From Fibrobacter succinogenes subsp. succinogenes S85 (GTDB lineage Bacteria; Fibrobacterota; Fibrobacteria; Fibrobacterales; Fibrobacteraceae): a stretch of DNA of 32,000 nucleotides. Below the pieces are notes generated by a model. The model searched no databases. It had not been told where the DNA came from and was given only the letters and a program-made list of their open reading frames with translations. Position numbers and translations under genes: made by a program. Where the stretch lies: NCBI RefSeq assembly GCF_000146505.1, contig NC_017448.1:630001-662000 (forward strand), given 5' to 3'. Positions 22,718 to 32,000 of this stretch are shown piece by piece (position 1 is the first letter of the stretch; each line of letters opens with the position of its first letter).

Positions 22718-23995
22718 ATGACCTCTACAACTTCTAACAACGGTTTCTTTGACAAGTTCGGCGGCAAGTACGTTGCCGAAATCATCCGCCGCCCGCTCGA
22801 CGACCTCGAAGCGGCATTCAACAAGTACATCCACGATCCGGAATTTCTCGAAGAACTCCGCATCATCCAGCGCGACTACATTGGCCGCGAAACTCCGCTG
22901 TACTTTGCCCCGACGGCAACCAAGCTCTTGGGCGGTGCGCAGATTTACATCAAGCTCGAAGGTCTCGCCAACACAGGCGCCCACAAAATCAACAACGCTA
23001 TCGGTCAGTGCCTTTTGGCCAAGAAGATGGGCAAGACCCGCATCATCGCCGAAACGGGCGCCGGCCAGCATGGCCTCGCCACTGCTGCCGCTTGCGCAAA
23101 GCTCGGCCTCGAATGCGTCGTGTACATGGGTGAAGTCGATGTCCGTCGTCAGCAGCCGAACGTAGCAACGATGGAAATGTACGGTGCAAAGGTCGTGCCG
23201 GTCACAAGCGGTAGCCGCACACTCAAGGATGCCGTGAACGAAGCTATGCGTGACTGGGCCACAAACTTCCAGAACACGCACTATGTGCTCGGCTCCGCAC
23301 TCGGCCCTGCCCCGTTCCCGGATATCGTTCGCACCTTCCAGTCCATCATCGGTGAAGAAGTCAAGCGCCAGGCCGCCGAACGCAACATCGACATCGCAGC
23401 CGTTGTCGCTTGCGTGGGTGGCGGTAGCAACTCCATCGGTGTGTTCACTCCGTTTATCGAAGACAAGAATGTACGATTGATTGGTGCAGAAGCCGGTGGC
23501 GTTGGCCCGAATGTCGGTGAAAACGCAGCCCGCATGACGGGTAACGCAAGCCGCGAAGGCATCGTGCAGGGTTACAAGAGCCGCTTCCTCATTGACGAAG
23601 ACGGTCAATCCATGCCGACGCGCTCCATTTCGGCAGGTCTCGACTATATGGGCATTGGCCCGCAGCTCGCCGCTCTCGGTGAATCTGGCCGCGTGGAATT
23701 CACGGCAATTCTCGACAAGGAAGCTCTTGAAGCCGTCAAGTTCTTCGCCCGTAACGAAGGCATTTTGTTCGCACTCGAAAGCGCTCACGCCGGTGCAGCC
23801 GCCATGAAGATCGCGAAGGAACTCCCGAAAGACAAGGCGCTCGTCATCAACATGAGTGGCCGCGGTGACAAGGACATCTTCATCACAAGCCCGGTGTTCC
23901 GCCCCGAAAAGTGGAAGGAATTCCTCAAGGCAGAACTTGTTCGCCTCGAAAACAACGAAGACATCCACGACGCTGAAATTATGACAAGGAAGTAA
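22718..23995 (+). CDS. trpB: Tryptophan synthase beta chain
   Basis: 425 aa. FGGKYV, the PLP-lysine block LANTGAHKINN, IIAETGAGQHG and GGGSNSIG. Confidence 0.92.
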   Translation: MTSTTSNNGFFDKFGGKYVAEIIRRPLDDLEAAFNKYIHDPEFLEELRIIQRDYIGRETPLYFAPTATKLLGGAQIYIKLEGLANTGAHKINNAIGQCLLAKKMGKTRIIAETGAGQHGLATAAACAKLGLECVVYMGEVDVRRQQPNVATMEMYGAKVVPVTSGSRTLKDAVNEAMRDWATNFQNTHYVLGSALGPAPFPDIVRTFQSIIGEEVKRQAAERNIDIAAVVACVGGGSNSIGVFTPFIEDKNVRLIGAEAGGVGPNVGENAARMTGNASREGIVQGYKSRFLIDEDGQSMPTRSISAGLDYMGIGPQLAALGESGRVEFTAILDKEALEAVKFFARNEGILFALESAHAGAAAMKIAKELPKDKALVINMSGRGDKDIFITSPVFRPEKWKEFLKAELVRLENNEDIHDAEIMTRK

Positions 23996-24000
23996 TCACC

Positions 24001-24753
24001 ATGAATTTAATGTCTCATCTTATTGCGGGTTTTCCTGACGCTGAAACTTCTATCGCCATCGCCGACGCACTTGTGAAGGGTGGCGCCAACATCCTTGAAA
24101 TCCAGCTCGCGTTCAGTGACCCGAGCGCAGACGGTCCAGCCATCCAGACAGCCTCCACCATCGCTCTCGAAAAAGGCTATTCCACCAAGCAGGGCCTTGC
24201 CATCGTGAAGCAGATTCACGAACGCCACCCTGAAACGCCGATTTACATCATGACTTACGGTTCCCTCGCCTTTACGCCGGGCGTCGAAAACTTTGTCAAG
24301 ATGTGCAAGGACGCAGGCGTTTCTGCTTGCATCATTCCGGACCTTCCGTTTGACCATGACGAAGGCCTCACCGAAGCTTGCAAGAAGCACGGTCTCGAAA
24401 ACATTCCGGTTGCCGCTCCGAGCATGACCAAGGAACGTCTCGAAACGATGGCTTCTGCAGGTTTCAAGTACATCTACGCCGCACTCCGCGCAGGCACGAC
24501 CGGAAGCGAAACAACGATTGACCAGGCAACGCTTGACTTTATCGACACAGTCGGTAAGCATGGCGCCAAGGTTCTCGGTGGTTTCGGCATCCGCAATGGC
24601 GAACAGTCCAAGGTGCTTTCGAAGCATGTGTACGCTGTGGTCGCAGGTTCCGTCTTCGTGAACATCGTGCTCGCAAACGCAGACACCGCCGAAGGCCGCG
24701 CAAAAGCCATCGCCGCTATCGAAGCTAAGGCCAAGGAAATCGCCGGAAAGTAA
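24001..24753 (+). CDS. trpA: Tryptophan synthase alpha chain
   Basis: 250 aa. It starts 5 nt after trpB. ILEIQLAFSDPSADGPAIQ (the alpha-subunit signature) and a C-terminal GFGI...V..GS. Confidence 0.9.
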   Translation: MNLMSHLIAGFPDAETSIAIADALVKGGANILEIQLAFSDPSADGPAIQTASTIALEKGYSTKQGLAIVKQIHERHPETPIYIMTYGSLAFTPGVENFVKMCKDAGVSACIIPDLPFDHDEGLTEACKKHGLENIPVAAPSMTKERLETMASAGFKYIYAALRAGTTGSETTIDQATLDFIDTVGKHGAKVLGGFGIRNGEQSKVLSKHVYAVVAGSVFVNIVLANADTAEGRAKAIAAIEAKAKEIAGK

Positions 24754-24820
24754 CCCCGCGCGCATTTTCGTGTACATTCCGCGAGCATCCTGGAATGCGC
24801 TTTTTCAGCATTTCACAAAA

Positions 24821-24849
24821 GAGGTCGGTTTTCACCGGCCTCTTTTTTT
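24821..24849 (+). terminator. Rho-independent terminator after trpA
   Basis: GAGGTCGG-ttttca-CCGGCCTC followed by T7. Confidence 0.7.
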
Positions 24850-25006
24850 CGTACAAACTTTTTTCACAATTCGCAACTTATTTCACTATTTGTAAGGGGG
24901 CGTTGCGGGGGTGTCCTCCGCAGTGGGGGTAGTGTAAGCCGAGGCTGAAACGAGGGGGATCCCTCCCCCCTCCCATCCAATAACAAATCGAGTCCATTAG
25001 CAACAA

Positions 25007-25040
25007 TTCTAAGATCTAAGTTCTAAGATCTAAGTTCTAA
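25007..25040. repeat. 14-bp tandem repeat TTCTAAGATCTAAG, 2.4 copies
   Basis: ttctaagatctaag ttctaagatctaag ttctaa, read directly. It lies about 40 nt upstream of the aconitase start. Confidence 0.85.
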
Positions 25041-25078
25041 AAAGCTATCTTTACGCCCGAAAAATTCATGAGGTAACT

Positions 25079-27352
25079 ATGCTTTTTAATTTCGACATGA
25101 TCCAGGCCACATACGCTCGCATTCCTGCACGCGTCGCTGTTGCCCGCAAGCAACTTGGCCGCCCGCTCACTCTCGCCGAGAAGATTCTCTACAGCCACCT
25201 GATCGATGGCGCAGAAAACAGAACCTACAAGCGCGGCGCTGATTTTGCCGAATTCCACCCGGACCGCGTTGCCATGCAAGACGCAACCGCCCAGATGGCC
25301 CTCCTCCAGTTCACGACTGCTGGCAAGTCCCGCGTGGCTGTGCCGAGCTCCGTGCACTGCGACCACTTGATTATCGCTCGCGAAGGTGTCGAAAAGGACC
25401 TTCCGCGCGCCAAGGAAGAAAGCAAGGAAGTGTACGACTTCTTGCAGTCCGTCTCTGCCAAGTACGGCATTGACTGCTGGCTCCCGGGTGCAGGCATCAT
25501 CCACCAGGTGGTGCTCGAAAACTATGCTTTCCCGGGCGGAATGATGATTGGTACCGACTCCCACACCGTGAACGCTGGCGGTCTCGGCATGCTCGCGATT
25601 GGCGTGGGCGGTGCAGACGCTGTTGACGCTATGGTCGGTCTCCCGTGGGAACTCAAGTACCCGAAGATGATCGGCGTGAAGCTCACCGGCAAGCTCCAGG
25701 GCTTCGCTACCGCCAAGGACATCATCCTCAAGCTCGCTGGCATCCTCACGGTTAAGGGTGGCACGAACGCTATTATCGAATACTTTGGCGAAGGCGCTCG
25801 CAGCCTCTCCGCTACTGGCAAGGCAACGATTGCTAACATGGGTGCCGAAGTGGGCGCCACCTGCTCCACCTTCAGCTACGACGATTCCATGAGCCGTTAC
25901 CTCCGCGCTACAGGCCGTGCTGATGTCGCTGACGCAGCCGACAAAATCGCAGCCGACCTCAAGGCCGACCCGGAAGTCGAAGCAGAACCGGAAAAGTATT
26001 TTGACCGCGTTGTGGAAATCGACCTCAACACGCTCATCCCGCATTACAACGGCCCGTTCAGCCCGGACCGTGCATTCGCCGTGACCGACATGGCAGAATC
26101 CCTCAAGGCTACCGAAACAAAGCCGGAATCTACGCCAGTCGTAAGCGCAGCCCTCATCGGTTCTTGCACGAACTCCAGTTACGAAGACCTTTACATGGCC
26201 GCCAACATGATCAAGCAGGCTCTCGCGAAGGGTCTTACCCCGAAGTGCCCGCTCCTCATCAACCCGGGTTCTGAACAAGTTCGCTACACTGCTGAACGCG
26301 ATGGCCTCATTGACTTGTTCAAGCAGTTCGGTGCAACGATTATGACAAACGCTTGCGGTCCTTGCATTGGCCGCTGGGACCGCGCCGGTGCCGACAAGAA
26401 GGAACTCAACACCATCGTCCACAGCTTTAACCGCAACTTCGCGAAGCGCGCCGATGGCAACCCGAATACGCACGCCTTCGTAGCTTCCCCGCTCATGGCC
26501 GTGATTGCCGCCCTCTCTGGCGACATCCGCTTCAACCCGATGACCGACACCCTCGTGAACAACGAAGGCAAGGCTGTGAAGCTCGACCCGCCGGAACAGT
26601 GCGAACTCCCGCCGAAGGGCTTCGACGTGAAGGACGCTGGCTACCAGGCTCCGGCTGCTGACGGTTCCAACATCACCGTTTCCATCAACCCGACCAGCAA
26701 GCGCCTCCAGGCTCTCGCTCCGTTCGCTGCTTGGGACGGTAAGGACATCGCTGGCGCCCCGCTCCTCATCAAGGCGAAGGGCAAGTGCACCACCGACCAC
26801 ATTTCTATGGCCGGTCCGTGGCTCAACTATCGCGGTCACCTTGAAAACATTTCGAACAACATGCTCATCGGCGCCGTGAATGCCTTCAACGGCGAAACCA
26901 ACAAGGTTCTCGCAAACGACGGCAGCTACAAGGAAGTTCCGGAACTTGCGAAGATTTACAAGGCCAAGGGCACGGGCTCCATCGTGATCGGTGACGAAAA
27001 CTATGGTGAAGGTTCTAGCCGCGAACATGCCGCCATGGAACCGCGCTTCCTCGGCGTGAAGGCCGTGATCGTGAAGAGCTTCGCTCGCATTCACGAAACG
27101 AACCTCAAGAAGCAGGGCATGCTCGCCCTCACCTTCAAGAACGCCGCCGACTACGACAAGATCCAGGAACAGGACGTGTTCGACATCGTTGGCCTCACCA
27201 AGTTCGCTCCGGGTTCCGAATTCACGCTCGTTGCCCACCACAAGGATGGCTCCGTCGATAACATCGCCCTCAGCCACACCTACAACGAACAGCAGTGGGC
27301 ATGGTTCAAGGCCGGTTCCGCCCTCAACTTGATCCGCGCCAACAACAAGTAA
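25079..27352 (+). CDS. acn: Aconitate hydratase (monomeric, mitochondrial-type ~755 aa)
   Basis: 757 aa. Blocks [33 protein letters not shown], Fe-S cysteines in IGSCTNSS and NACGPCIG, and a C-terminal [10 protein letters not shown]. Confidence 0.92.
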   Translation: MLFNFDMIQATYARIPARVAVARKQLGRPLTLAEKILYSHLIDGAENRTYKRGADFAEFHPDRVAMQDATAQMALLQFTTAGKSRVAVPSSVHCDHLIIAREGVEKDLPRAKEESKEVYDFLQSVSAKYGIDCWLPGAGIIHQVVLENYAFPGGMMIGTDSHTVNAGGLGMLAIGVGGADAVDAMVGLPWELKYPKMIGVKLTGKLQGFATAKDIILKLAGILTVKGGTNAIIEYFGEGARSLSATGKATIANMGAEVGATCSTFSYDDSMSRYLRATGRADVADAADKIAADLKADPEVEAEPEKYFDRVVEIDLNTLIPHYNGPFSPDRAFAVTDMAESLKATETKPESTPVVSAALIGSCTNSSYEDLYMAANMIKQALAKGLTPKCPLLINPGSEQVRYTAERDGLIDLFKQFGATIMTNACGPCIGRWDRAGADKKELNTIVHSFNRNFAKRADGNPNTHAFVASPLMAVIAALSGDIRFNPMTDTLVNNEGKAVKLDPPEQCELPPKGFDVKDAGYQAPAADGSNITVSINPTSKRLQALAPFAAWDGKDIAGAPLLIKAKGKCTTDHISMAGPWLNYRGHLENISNNMLIGAVNAFNGETNKVLANDGSYKEVPELAKIYKAKGTGSIVIGDENYGEGSSREHAAMEPRFLGVKAVIVKSFARIHETNLKKQGMLALTFKNAADYDKIQEQDVFDIVGLTKFAPGSEFTLVAHHKDGSVDNIALSHTYNEQQWAWFKAGSALNLIRANNK

Positions 27353-27416
27353 GCGACCCTACGCATTCCAATCAACAGCACAAGCTGTCGCGAGTGCGCC
27401 ATATCACTTTTCACAA

Positions 27417-27447
27417 AACGCAGACTCTCCGGGGCCTGCGTTTTTTT
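27417..27447 (+). terminator. Rho-independent terminator after aconitase
   Basis: AACGCAG...CTGCGTT stem followed by a T-run to 27447. Confidence 0.6.
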
Positions 27448-27507
27448 GTGTTTTTGTTTTCCGTTTTTTGTAAAAAAATTTTATTTTTTTCTGCGAAGGA
27501 GAACGAA

Positions 27508-28893
27508 ATGACTCATAAGAAAACGATTCATAGAAGTCTTATTCTGGGTAGCGCCGTCTTTATCGCATTCATGTGTTTTTTGCTTTCCATCCAGGCCTAC
27601 CTCACCTACTCCCAGTCGCTTTATAAACGCTACGACGACAAACTCAGCAACATCCTGAACTATGCTACCAACCGCATAGACATGGACGACCTTTACCAGA
27701 ACACCATAACGGGCCAAAAGACCGAAAAGTACAATGACGTGCAACAGTTGCTCAACGGCATGGTTGACGACTTTGAGCTGTTCTACCTTTACTCGCTTTT
27801 CGTGCGTAACGACTCCATGTACAATATCTGCTCGGCCACAAGCAAGGCAGAACGGGAACGTGGCGAAGAAGACATGAAGTTATTGGAACCCACCGACGCG
27901 TATGAGCTTTCTGAAATCCGAAAATTTGCGAAGGCCATGACCAAGAATGAAATTTCATACTTCGAAGAAGACTCCGACTGGGGGCCTGCCTACACCGCCT
28001 GTAAACCGTACGTCAATTCGTTAGGAGTCCATTTCGGCGTCATCTGCGCAGACGTTTCCATCGCAGAGCTCCACAAAACAGTCAACAATTACGTTTTATA
28101 CAACGTTATACTGACACTCGGTCTCGGATTACTCTTCGCGCTAATTCTATTAGTCTGGTTACGGCACAACGTCACAGGGCCAATCCTTGCCCTTGAAAAA
28201 AGTGCTCGCCATTTTGCAGAAAAGAGCCGCGGCAAAAAAACTCCCGATGAGCTCATTTTTGATGCACCCGAAATCCATACACATAACGAAGTCGAATCAC
28301 TTTCGAACGCCATTTCGCAAATGTCCAAAGACATGCGTACTTACGTTCAGGGCCTTTTAGAAGCCGAAGAACAGGCGCGCTCCGCCCAGGAACAAGCCGA
28401 AGACATGACTCAGCTAGCCTTCAAGGACGCACTGACCCACGTGAACAGCAAGGTCGCCTATGACAAGATGAAGGAATCATTGCAAGAACAAATCGACAAG
28501 GGTGGTGCCACATTCGGATTTGTAATGATTGACCTCAACAACCTTAAGGAAGTCAACGACCACTACGGTCACGACTGCGGCGACAAATATATACTGGGCT
28601 GTTGCCATATTTTCTGCACTATTTACAAGCAATCCCCCATTTACAGATTTGGCGGCGATGAGTTTGTGGTCCTGCTGCAAAACAGCGATTACAAGAACAG
28701 AGACAAGTTGTTCAAGGTGATTGAATCAGAATTCAAAAAGACTCGCAACAACACCTCCCGCCCCGCCTGGGAACGCTATTCCGTTGCTTACGGCATGGCC
28801 ACCTACCAGCTTGGCGACAACGTCGAAGATGTTTTTAAGCGTGCTGACGATAGCATGTACCAGAAGAAAATGGAAATCAAGGGGATGGCGTAA
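27508..28893 (+). CDS. Membrane-anchored sensor diguanylate cyclase (GGDEF)
   Basis: ATG 27508 with RBS AAGGAG. Two TM segments flank a periplasmic domain of about 190 aa. A coiled-coil linker follows, then the GGDEF domain (DALTHV, RFGGDEFVVLL). No RxxD I-site lies immediately upstream. The listed start 27295 overlaps the aconitase 3' end. Confidence 0.85.
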   Translation: MTHKKTIHRSLILGSAVFIAFMCFLLSIQAYLTYSQSLYKRYDDKLSNILNYATNRIDMDDLYQNTITGQKTEKYNDVQQLLNGMVDDFELFYLYSLFVRNDSMYNICSATSKAERERGEEDMKLLEPTDAYELSEIRKFAKAMTKNEISYFEEDSDWGPAYTACKPYVNSLGVHFGVICADVSIAELHKTVNNYVLYNVILTLGLGLLFALILLVWLRHNVTGPILALEKSARHFAEKSRGKKTPDELIFDAPEIHTHNEVESLSNAISQMSKDMRTYVQGLLEAEEQARSAQEQAEDMTQLAFKDALTHVNSKVAYDKMKESLQEQIDKGGATFGFVMIDLNNLKEVNDHYGHDCGDKYILGCCHIFCTIYKQSPIYRFGGDEFVVLLQNSDYKNRDKLFKVIESEFKKTRNNTSRPAWERYSVAYGMATYQLGDNVEDVFKRADDSMYQKKMEIKGMA

Positions 28894-28979
28894 TATTTTT
28901 CAAAGTTGCCATTTTTCGAGGAATAACTAAATTTAGCACGATATTCACTGAGTTTCGGCTCAAATTTTAGGAAAAGAAC

Positions 28980-30647
28980 ATGGCAAATAATCGTGAAAAC
29001 TGGGGTTCCAAACTCGGGGTCATCCTCGCAGTCGCTGGTTCCGCAGTCGGTCTTGGCAATTTTCTTCGATTCCCTGTGCAGGCGGCTACCAATGGCGGCG
29101 GCGCATTCATCATCCCCTACCTCATTGCGTTTGTGTTTCTCGGGATTCCGCTCGCCTGGATTGAATGGACACTCGGCCGTTACGCAGGCTACCACAATTA
29201 CGGCACCTCCCCGAGTACCTACCACGTGATTTTCCAGAAAAAGAAGAAGTGGGCAAAGTACCTGGGCTCGCTCGGACTCCTCCCGCCGATTTTCATCATT
29301 TTCTACTACGGTTTTATCCAGTCCTGGATTTTGGCATTCGCATTCTACTCGGCAACAGGCACGTTGATGGACGTTGTCGCGCAGGGGCCGGAAAAAATGA
29401 CGGAATTCTTCGGCAATTACATTATGCTCAAGACTTGCGTCGGCGGCATCCCGGTCGCCATCATCTTCTTCCTCATTACATTTATCGCGAACATGATTGT
29501 GCTTTCGTTCGGTGTGCGCAAGGGCATTGAACGCGCCAACAAGATTTGCATGCCGATTCTCTTGATTTTGGGCCTTGTGCTTGTGGTCCGCGTGCTCACG
29601 CTCCCGGGCATCGGCAAGGGACTTGCCTTCATGTGGAACCCGGATTTCTCGCAACTTACAAGTCCGAAGGTCTGGATGGCCGCAGCTGGCCAGGTGTTCT
29701 TCACGATGAGCCTCGGTATGGCCATCATCTTCTGCTACGCAAGCTACCTCAAGCCGAAAGAAGACCTCGTGCTTTCTTCGCTCACGGCTAGCGCCACGAA
29801 CGGATTTGCCGAAGTGATTATTGGTGGTACGGTCGTGATCCCGATGGCAGTGCTCATCGCAGGTGCAAACATCGAAGAATGCGCCAAGCTTGGCACGTTC
29901 GGTCTTGGATTCCAGACGATGCCTTACGTTTTCGGAACGCTCCCGTTCGGTGGCGTGCTTCAGACGGTTTGGTTCACGATGCTCTTCTTTGCAGGCATCA
30001 CGAGCGCCATTTCCATCATCCAGCCGCTCATCAGCTTCTGCGAAGACGACCTCAAGTTTACGCGTAAAAAATCCGTCACGACGGTCAGCACGATTACCTT
30101 TATCGGTAGCCTCGCCGCAGGCACTGTCGATGAACTCGACTTCTGGGGCGGTACGTACCTCATCGTGTTCGTGGGCATGATCCAGGCGGTTCTCTTTAGC
30201 CTCGTGCTCGGACGCCGCAATGCCAAGAAAGCCCAGGAAAATGGCGACCTCCCAGCCGAAGTGGTTGTGGAACCGGGCGAAAATGAAGCTTTTGCCACCA
30301 TGAACGATGGCTCGCTTCTCAAGCTCCCGCGTTTCCTCCGCCCGATTATCCTTTACGTCTGCCCGATTTACCTGATTGTGCTTTTGGTTTCGTTCACGGC
30401 AACGGACGGCCTCCCATTCATTACGCTTAGCAATGTGGACCCGAGCGCAACAGTCGATTTCCTCGGACACACGTTCCCGAAAATCGGATTCACGTGGGCA
30501 TTCCGCGGATTCTTGCTCGTGCTGTTCTTGCTTTTGAACCTCGCCATCGCCTATGCCTGGCGCAAAGGAGGCCCCGCAGAAAAGGGCCGCAGCAAGAGCA
30601 TCAAGAAGATGGAAATCGGTAACTCTGACGAAAACATGGAGGGCTAA
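28980..30647 (+). CDS. Neurotransmitter:sodium symporter (NSS/SNF) family transporter
   Basis: 555 aa. N-terminal NSS signature W.SKLGVILAVAGSAVGLGNFLRFP and about 12 TM segments. Confidence 0.9.
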   Translation: MANNRENWGSKLGVILAVAGSAVGLGNFLRFPVQAATNGGGAFIIPYLIAFVFLGIPLAWIEWTLGRYAGYHNYGTSPSTYHVIFQKKKKWAKYLGSLGLLPPIFIIFYYGFIQSWILAFAFYSATGTLMDVVAQGPEKMTEFFGNYIMLKTCVGGIPVAIIFFLITFIANMIVLSFGVRKGIERANKICMPILLILGLVLVVRVLTLPGIGKGLAFMWNPDFSQLTSPKVWMAAAGQVFFTMSLGMAIIFCYASYLKPKEDLVLSSLTASATNGFAEVIIGGTVVIPMAVLIAGANIEECAKLGTFGLGFQTMPYVFGTLPFGGVLQTVWFTMLFFAGITSAISIIQPLISFCEDDLKFTRKKSVTTVSTITFIGSLAAGTVDELDFWGGTYLIVFVGMIQAVLFSLVLGRRNAKKAQENGDLPAEVVVEPGENEAFATMNDGSLLKLPRFLRPIILYVCPIYLIVLLVSFTATDGLPFITLSNVDPSATVDFLGHTFPKIGFTWAFRGFLLVLFLLLNLAIAYAWRKGGPAEKGRSKSIKKMEIGNSDENMEG

Positions 30648-30650
30648 AAA

Positions 30651-30755
30651 ATGGACGCTGAATTCACTACAGGCGGACTCGTTTTCATGATTTGCGCTTG
30701 GGGCGCCATCATCGGGCTCTGCGCATTCTGCTTCTATAAAGTATTCAAGAAGTAA
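30651..30755 (+). CDS. Small single-TM protein, probable MetS-like small subunit of the NSS transporter (not in ORF track)
   Basis: ATG lies 3 nt after the NSS stop. The 34 codons encode MDAEFTTGGLVFMICAWGAIIGLCAFCFYKVFKK: one hydrophobic helix plus a basic tail, followed by a terminator. Confidence 0.55.
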   Translation: MDAEFTTGGLVFMICAWGAIIGLCAFCFYKVFKK

Positions 30756-30783
30756 CGAGACGCCCCCCGCTCCCTACAATGTC

Positions 30784-30815
30784 ATGCCCGCCACCGTGCG
30801 GGCATTTCCTTTTTT
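30784..30815 (+). terminator. Rho-independent terminator
   Basis: ATGCCCGC-caccgt-GCGGGCAT followed by ttccTTTTTT. Confidence 0.65.
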
Positions 30816-30880
30816 ACCCCCACCAATCATTACTATATTTACCTCGCAATTTTGAACAATTTTTATACAAAACAACCTAT

Positions 30881-32000
30881 ATGAAACGTACTACCTGCCC
30901 TGGCGAAGTTCCCTATTACATATCTGTATTTTTAACATCTTTTATGCAACTGGGTTTATTCATCCACTTCCAAAGATGGATAACCTTCAACTCCGAAGGC
31001 GCTAGGTTTTTCTGGCTGAGCCTACTACTCCAGTTCGCCATGTTCTCGCCGAGCATCATCATGATGCATGTGGCAAGTTACTTCGCCGGCCGTTTCCCCA
31101 AGAGCAAAGTCATGGGCTGGACCTCCATCGGCATGGCTATCTCCGTTTTGCTCATCGCATTCTTCTTTGGCGATAGACTCGACTTTGGCGCATTTGCATT
31201 CCTGTTCCTGTACGGCATTTTCCTCTCGATTTTCAATCCGGCCAAAATCGGCCTCATGAAAGAAATCACCGACGGGAACGACCTCGTGAAGATCAACGCC
31301 AAGCACTTGATTTTCATGGCGCTCGGCATCACGATTATATCCTTCCTCACATTTGACTACAGCCCGAACGACAGCTCGACCATTAGCTACTCGCTCCTCC
31401 CGTTCATCCTCTCGGCTGTTGGACTTTTCGCTGCGATTTCGTCGTTCTGCATCCGCATCTGCAAGCAGAACAAGTTCGTGAAGCTCCGCTCGCCCAGACG
31501 TAATTTTGCATCGACCTGGTCGAACCCGATGCTCAAGCTCTCGATGCTCGGCATTGCAGCCTTCTGGAGCGTAACGCAGTTCCTCATCATGATTTCGCAG
31601 AACATGACGGGTACGCAAAGCACGACACTTTTCCAGTGGACGTTCATCTTCACCGGAATCGGTTACGTCATTGGCGCTATCAGTGCCGCAAAGTCTTCCA
31701 AGAACTTCGTGGAAACAGGCCTTATCCCGCTTGCCGCCATTGCGTCTTCCATCACGATGATTATAACGCCATTCATCAATAACCAGTACGTCCTTGCGTT
31801 CCTCTACGCATTCATCGCCTTCTGGGCAGGCTCCGCATTCGTCATCCTCCGCACGGTCATCCAAAACGTCACACGCCCCGACACCTCGGGTCGTATCCAC
31901 GCGGTCTCGTTCATGATTCAGATGAGCTTCCTGTTCATCTTACTTGGCTTCCAGGTCATCCTCTTCCTCATGACCGAACTCAGCCTCCACAAACAGCTAT
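30881..32000 (+). CDS. MFS-type transporter (LplT-like), 3' end off window
   Basis: Frame 2 is open from ATG 30881 to the window end. It is not in the track because no stop is reached. The product is highly hydrophobic with many TM segments. The listed minus-strand ORF 31025..31900 is its antisense shadow. Confidence 0.65.
   Translation, partial: MKRTTCPGEVPYYISVFLTSFMQLGLFIHFQRWITFNSEGARFFWLSLLLQFAMFSPSIIMMHVASYFAGRFPKSKVMGWTSIGMAISVLLIAFFFGDRLDFGAFAFLFLYGIFLSIFNPAKIGLMKEITDGNDLVKINAKHLIFMALGITIISFLTFDYSPNDSSTISYSLLPFILSAVGLFAAISSFCIRICKQNKFVKLRSPRRNFASTWSNPMLKLSMLGIAAFWSVTQFLIMISQNMTGTQSTTLFQWTFIFTGIGYVIGAISAAKSSKNFVETGLIPLAAIASSITMIITPFINNQYVLAFLYAFIAFWAGSAFVILRTVIQNVTRPDTSGRIHAVSFMIQMSFLFILLGFQVILFLMTELSLHKQL

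Noticed and set aside
24896-24958. G-quadruplex formed by the four G5 tracts
   Set aside because: The loops of 6, 13 and 24 nt are long for a stable G4. An adjacent C-rich tract offers ordinary duplex pairing. I kept this only as a low-interest observation.
25007-25040. Tandem 14-bp repeat as a possible CRISPR array
   Set aside because: The repeats are directly adjacent with no spacers and number only 2.4 units of 14 bp. No cas genes are nearby.
25037-27277. 746-aa minus-strand ORF opposite aconitase. The same situation applies to 22655..23968 (-) versus trpB, 24007..24777 (-) versus trpA, 28803..30470 (-) versus the NSS transporter, 5855..6667 (-) versus the E1, 4382..5182 (-) versus metY, 18548..19577 (-) versus trpCF, and 31025..31900 (-) versus the MFS gene
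   Set aside because: All are antisense shadows. The plus-strand partners carry unambiguous catalytic or family motifs, and the minus-strand translations are low-complexity and charged.

Overview
This 32 kb chromosomal window is almost fully coding. I saw no rRNA, tRNA, CRISPR array or transposase. The gene style (C-G-D lipoboxes, Ser-rich linkers, a T9SS-like C-terminal tail, a pectinase) is reminiscent of Fibrobacter or another FCB-group organism, but that is only a guess. The left 14 kb is all on the + strand and forms a sulfur-metabolism island. In order it holds a cupin fragment, a His-tailed membrane protein, a BioB-like radical SAM enzyme, a LysE exporter and an orphan sulfate-binding lipoprotein. 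Then come metY, a tusA-like gene, a ThiS-like carrier with a GG+Q tail, a ThiF/MoeB E1 and two JAMM peptidases. A YafQ toxin/antitoxin pair is inserted next. After it lie a MoaD-like Ubl::E1::rhodanese triple fusion, a Family 2A encapsulin shell, a cysteine desulfurase with a disordered N-terminal cargo-loading extension of about 185 aa, and a serine acetyltransferase. Three near-identical promoter/operator modules head metY, tusA and the fusion gene. My main candidate for a new system is the physical union of a ubiquitin-like protein-thiocarboxylate sulfur-carrier pathway with an encapsulated cysteine desulfurase. The middle of the window holds tandem minus-strand pectate lyase and beta-helix lipoprotein genes, convergent with the upstream sulfur island. 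On the right the trp genes are split (trpCF, then trpBA). trpBA is preceded by an 18-codon leader peptide with three consecutive Trp codons plus a terminator, which is a classical attenuator. A Trp-less paralogue of that leader precedes a DHH-family lipoprotein gene. After these come aconitase, a GGDEF cyclase, an NSS transporter with an unlisted 34-codon MetS-like small subunit, and a 3'-truncated MFS transporter. Many long ORFs in the track are antisense shadows of the real genes on the opposite strand.
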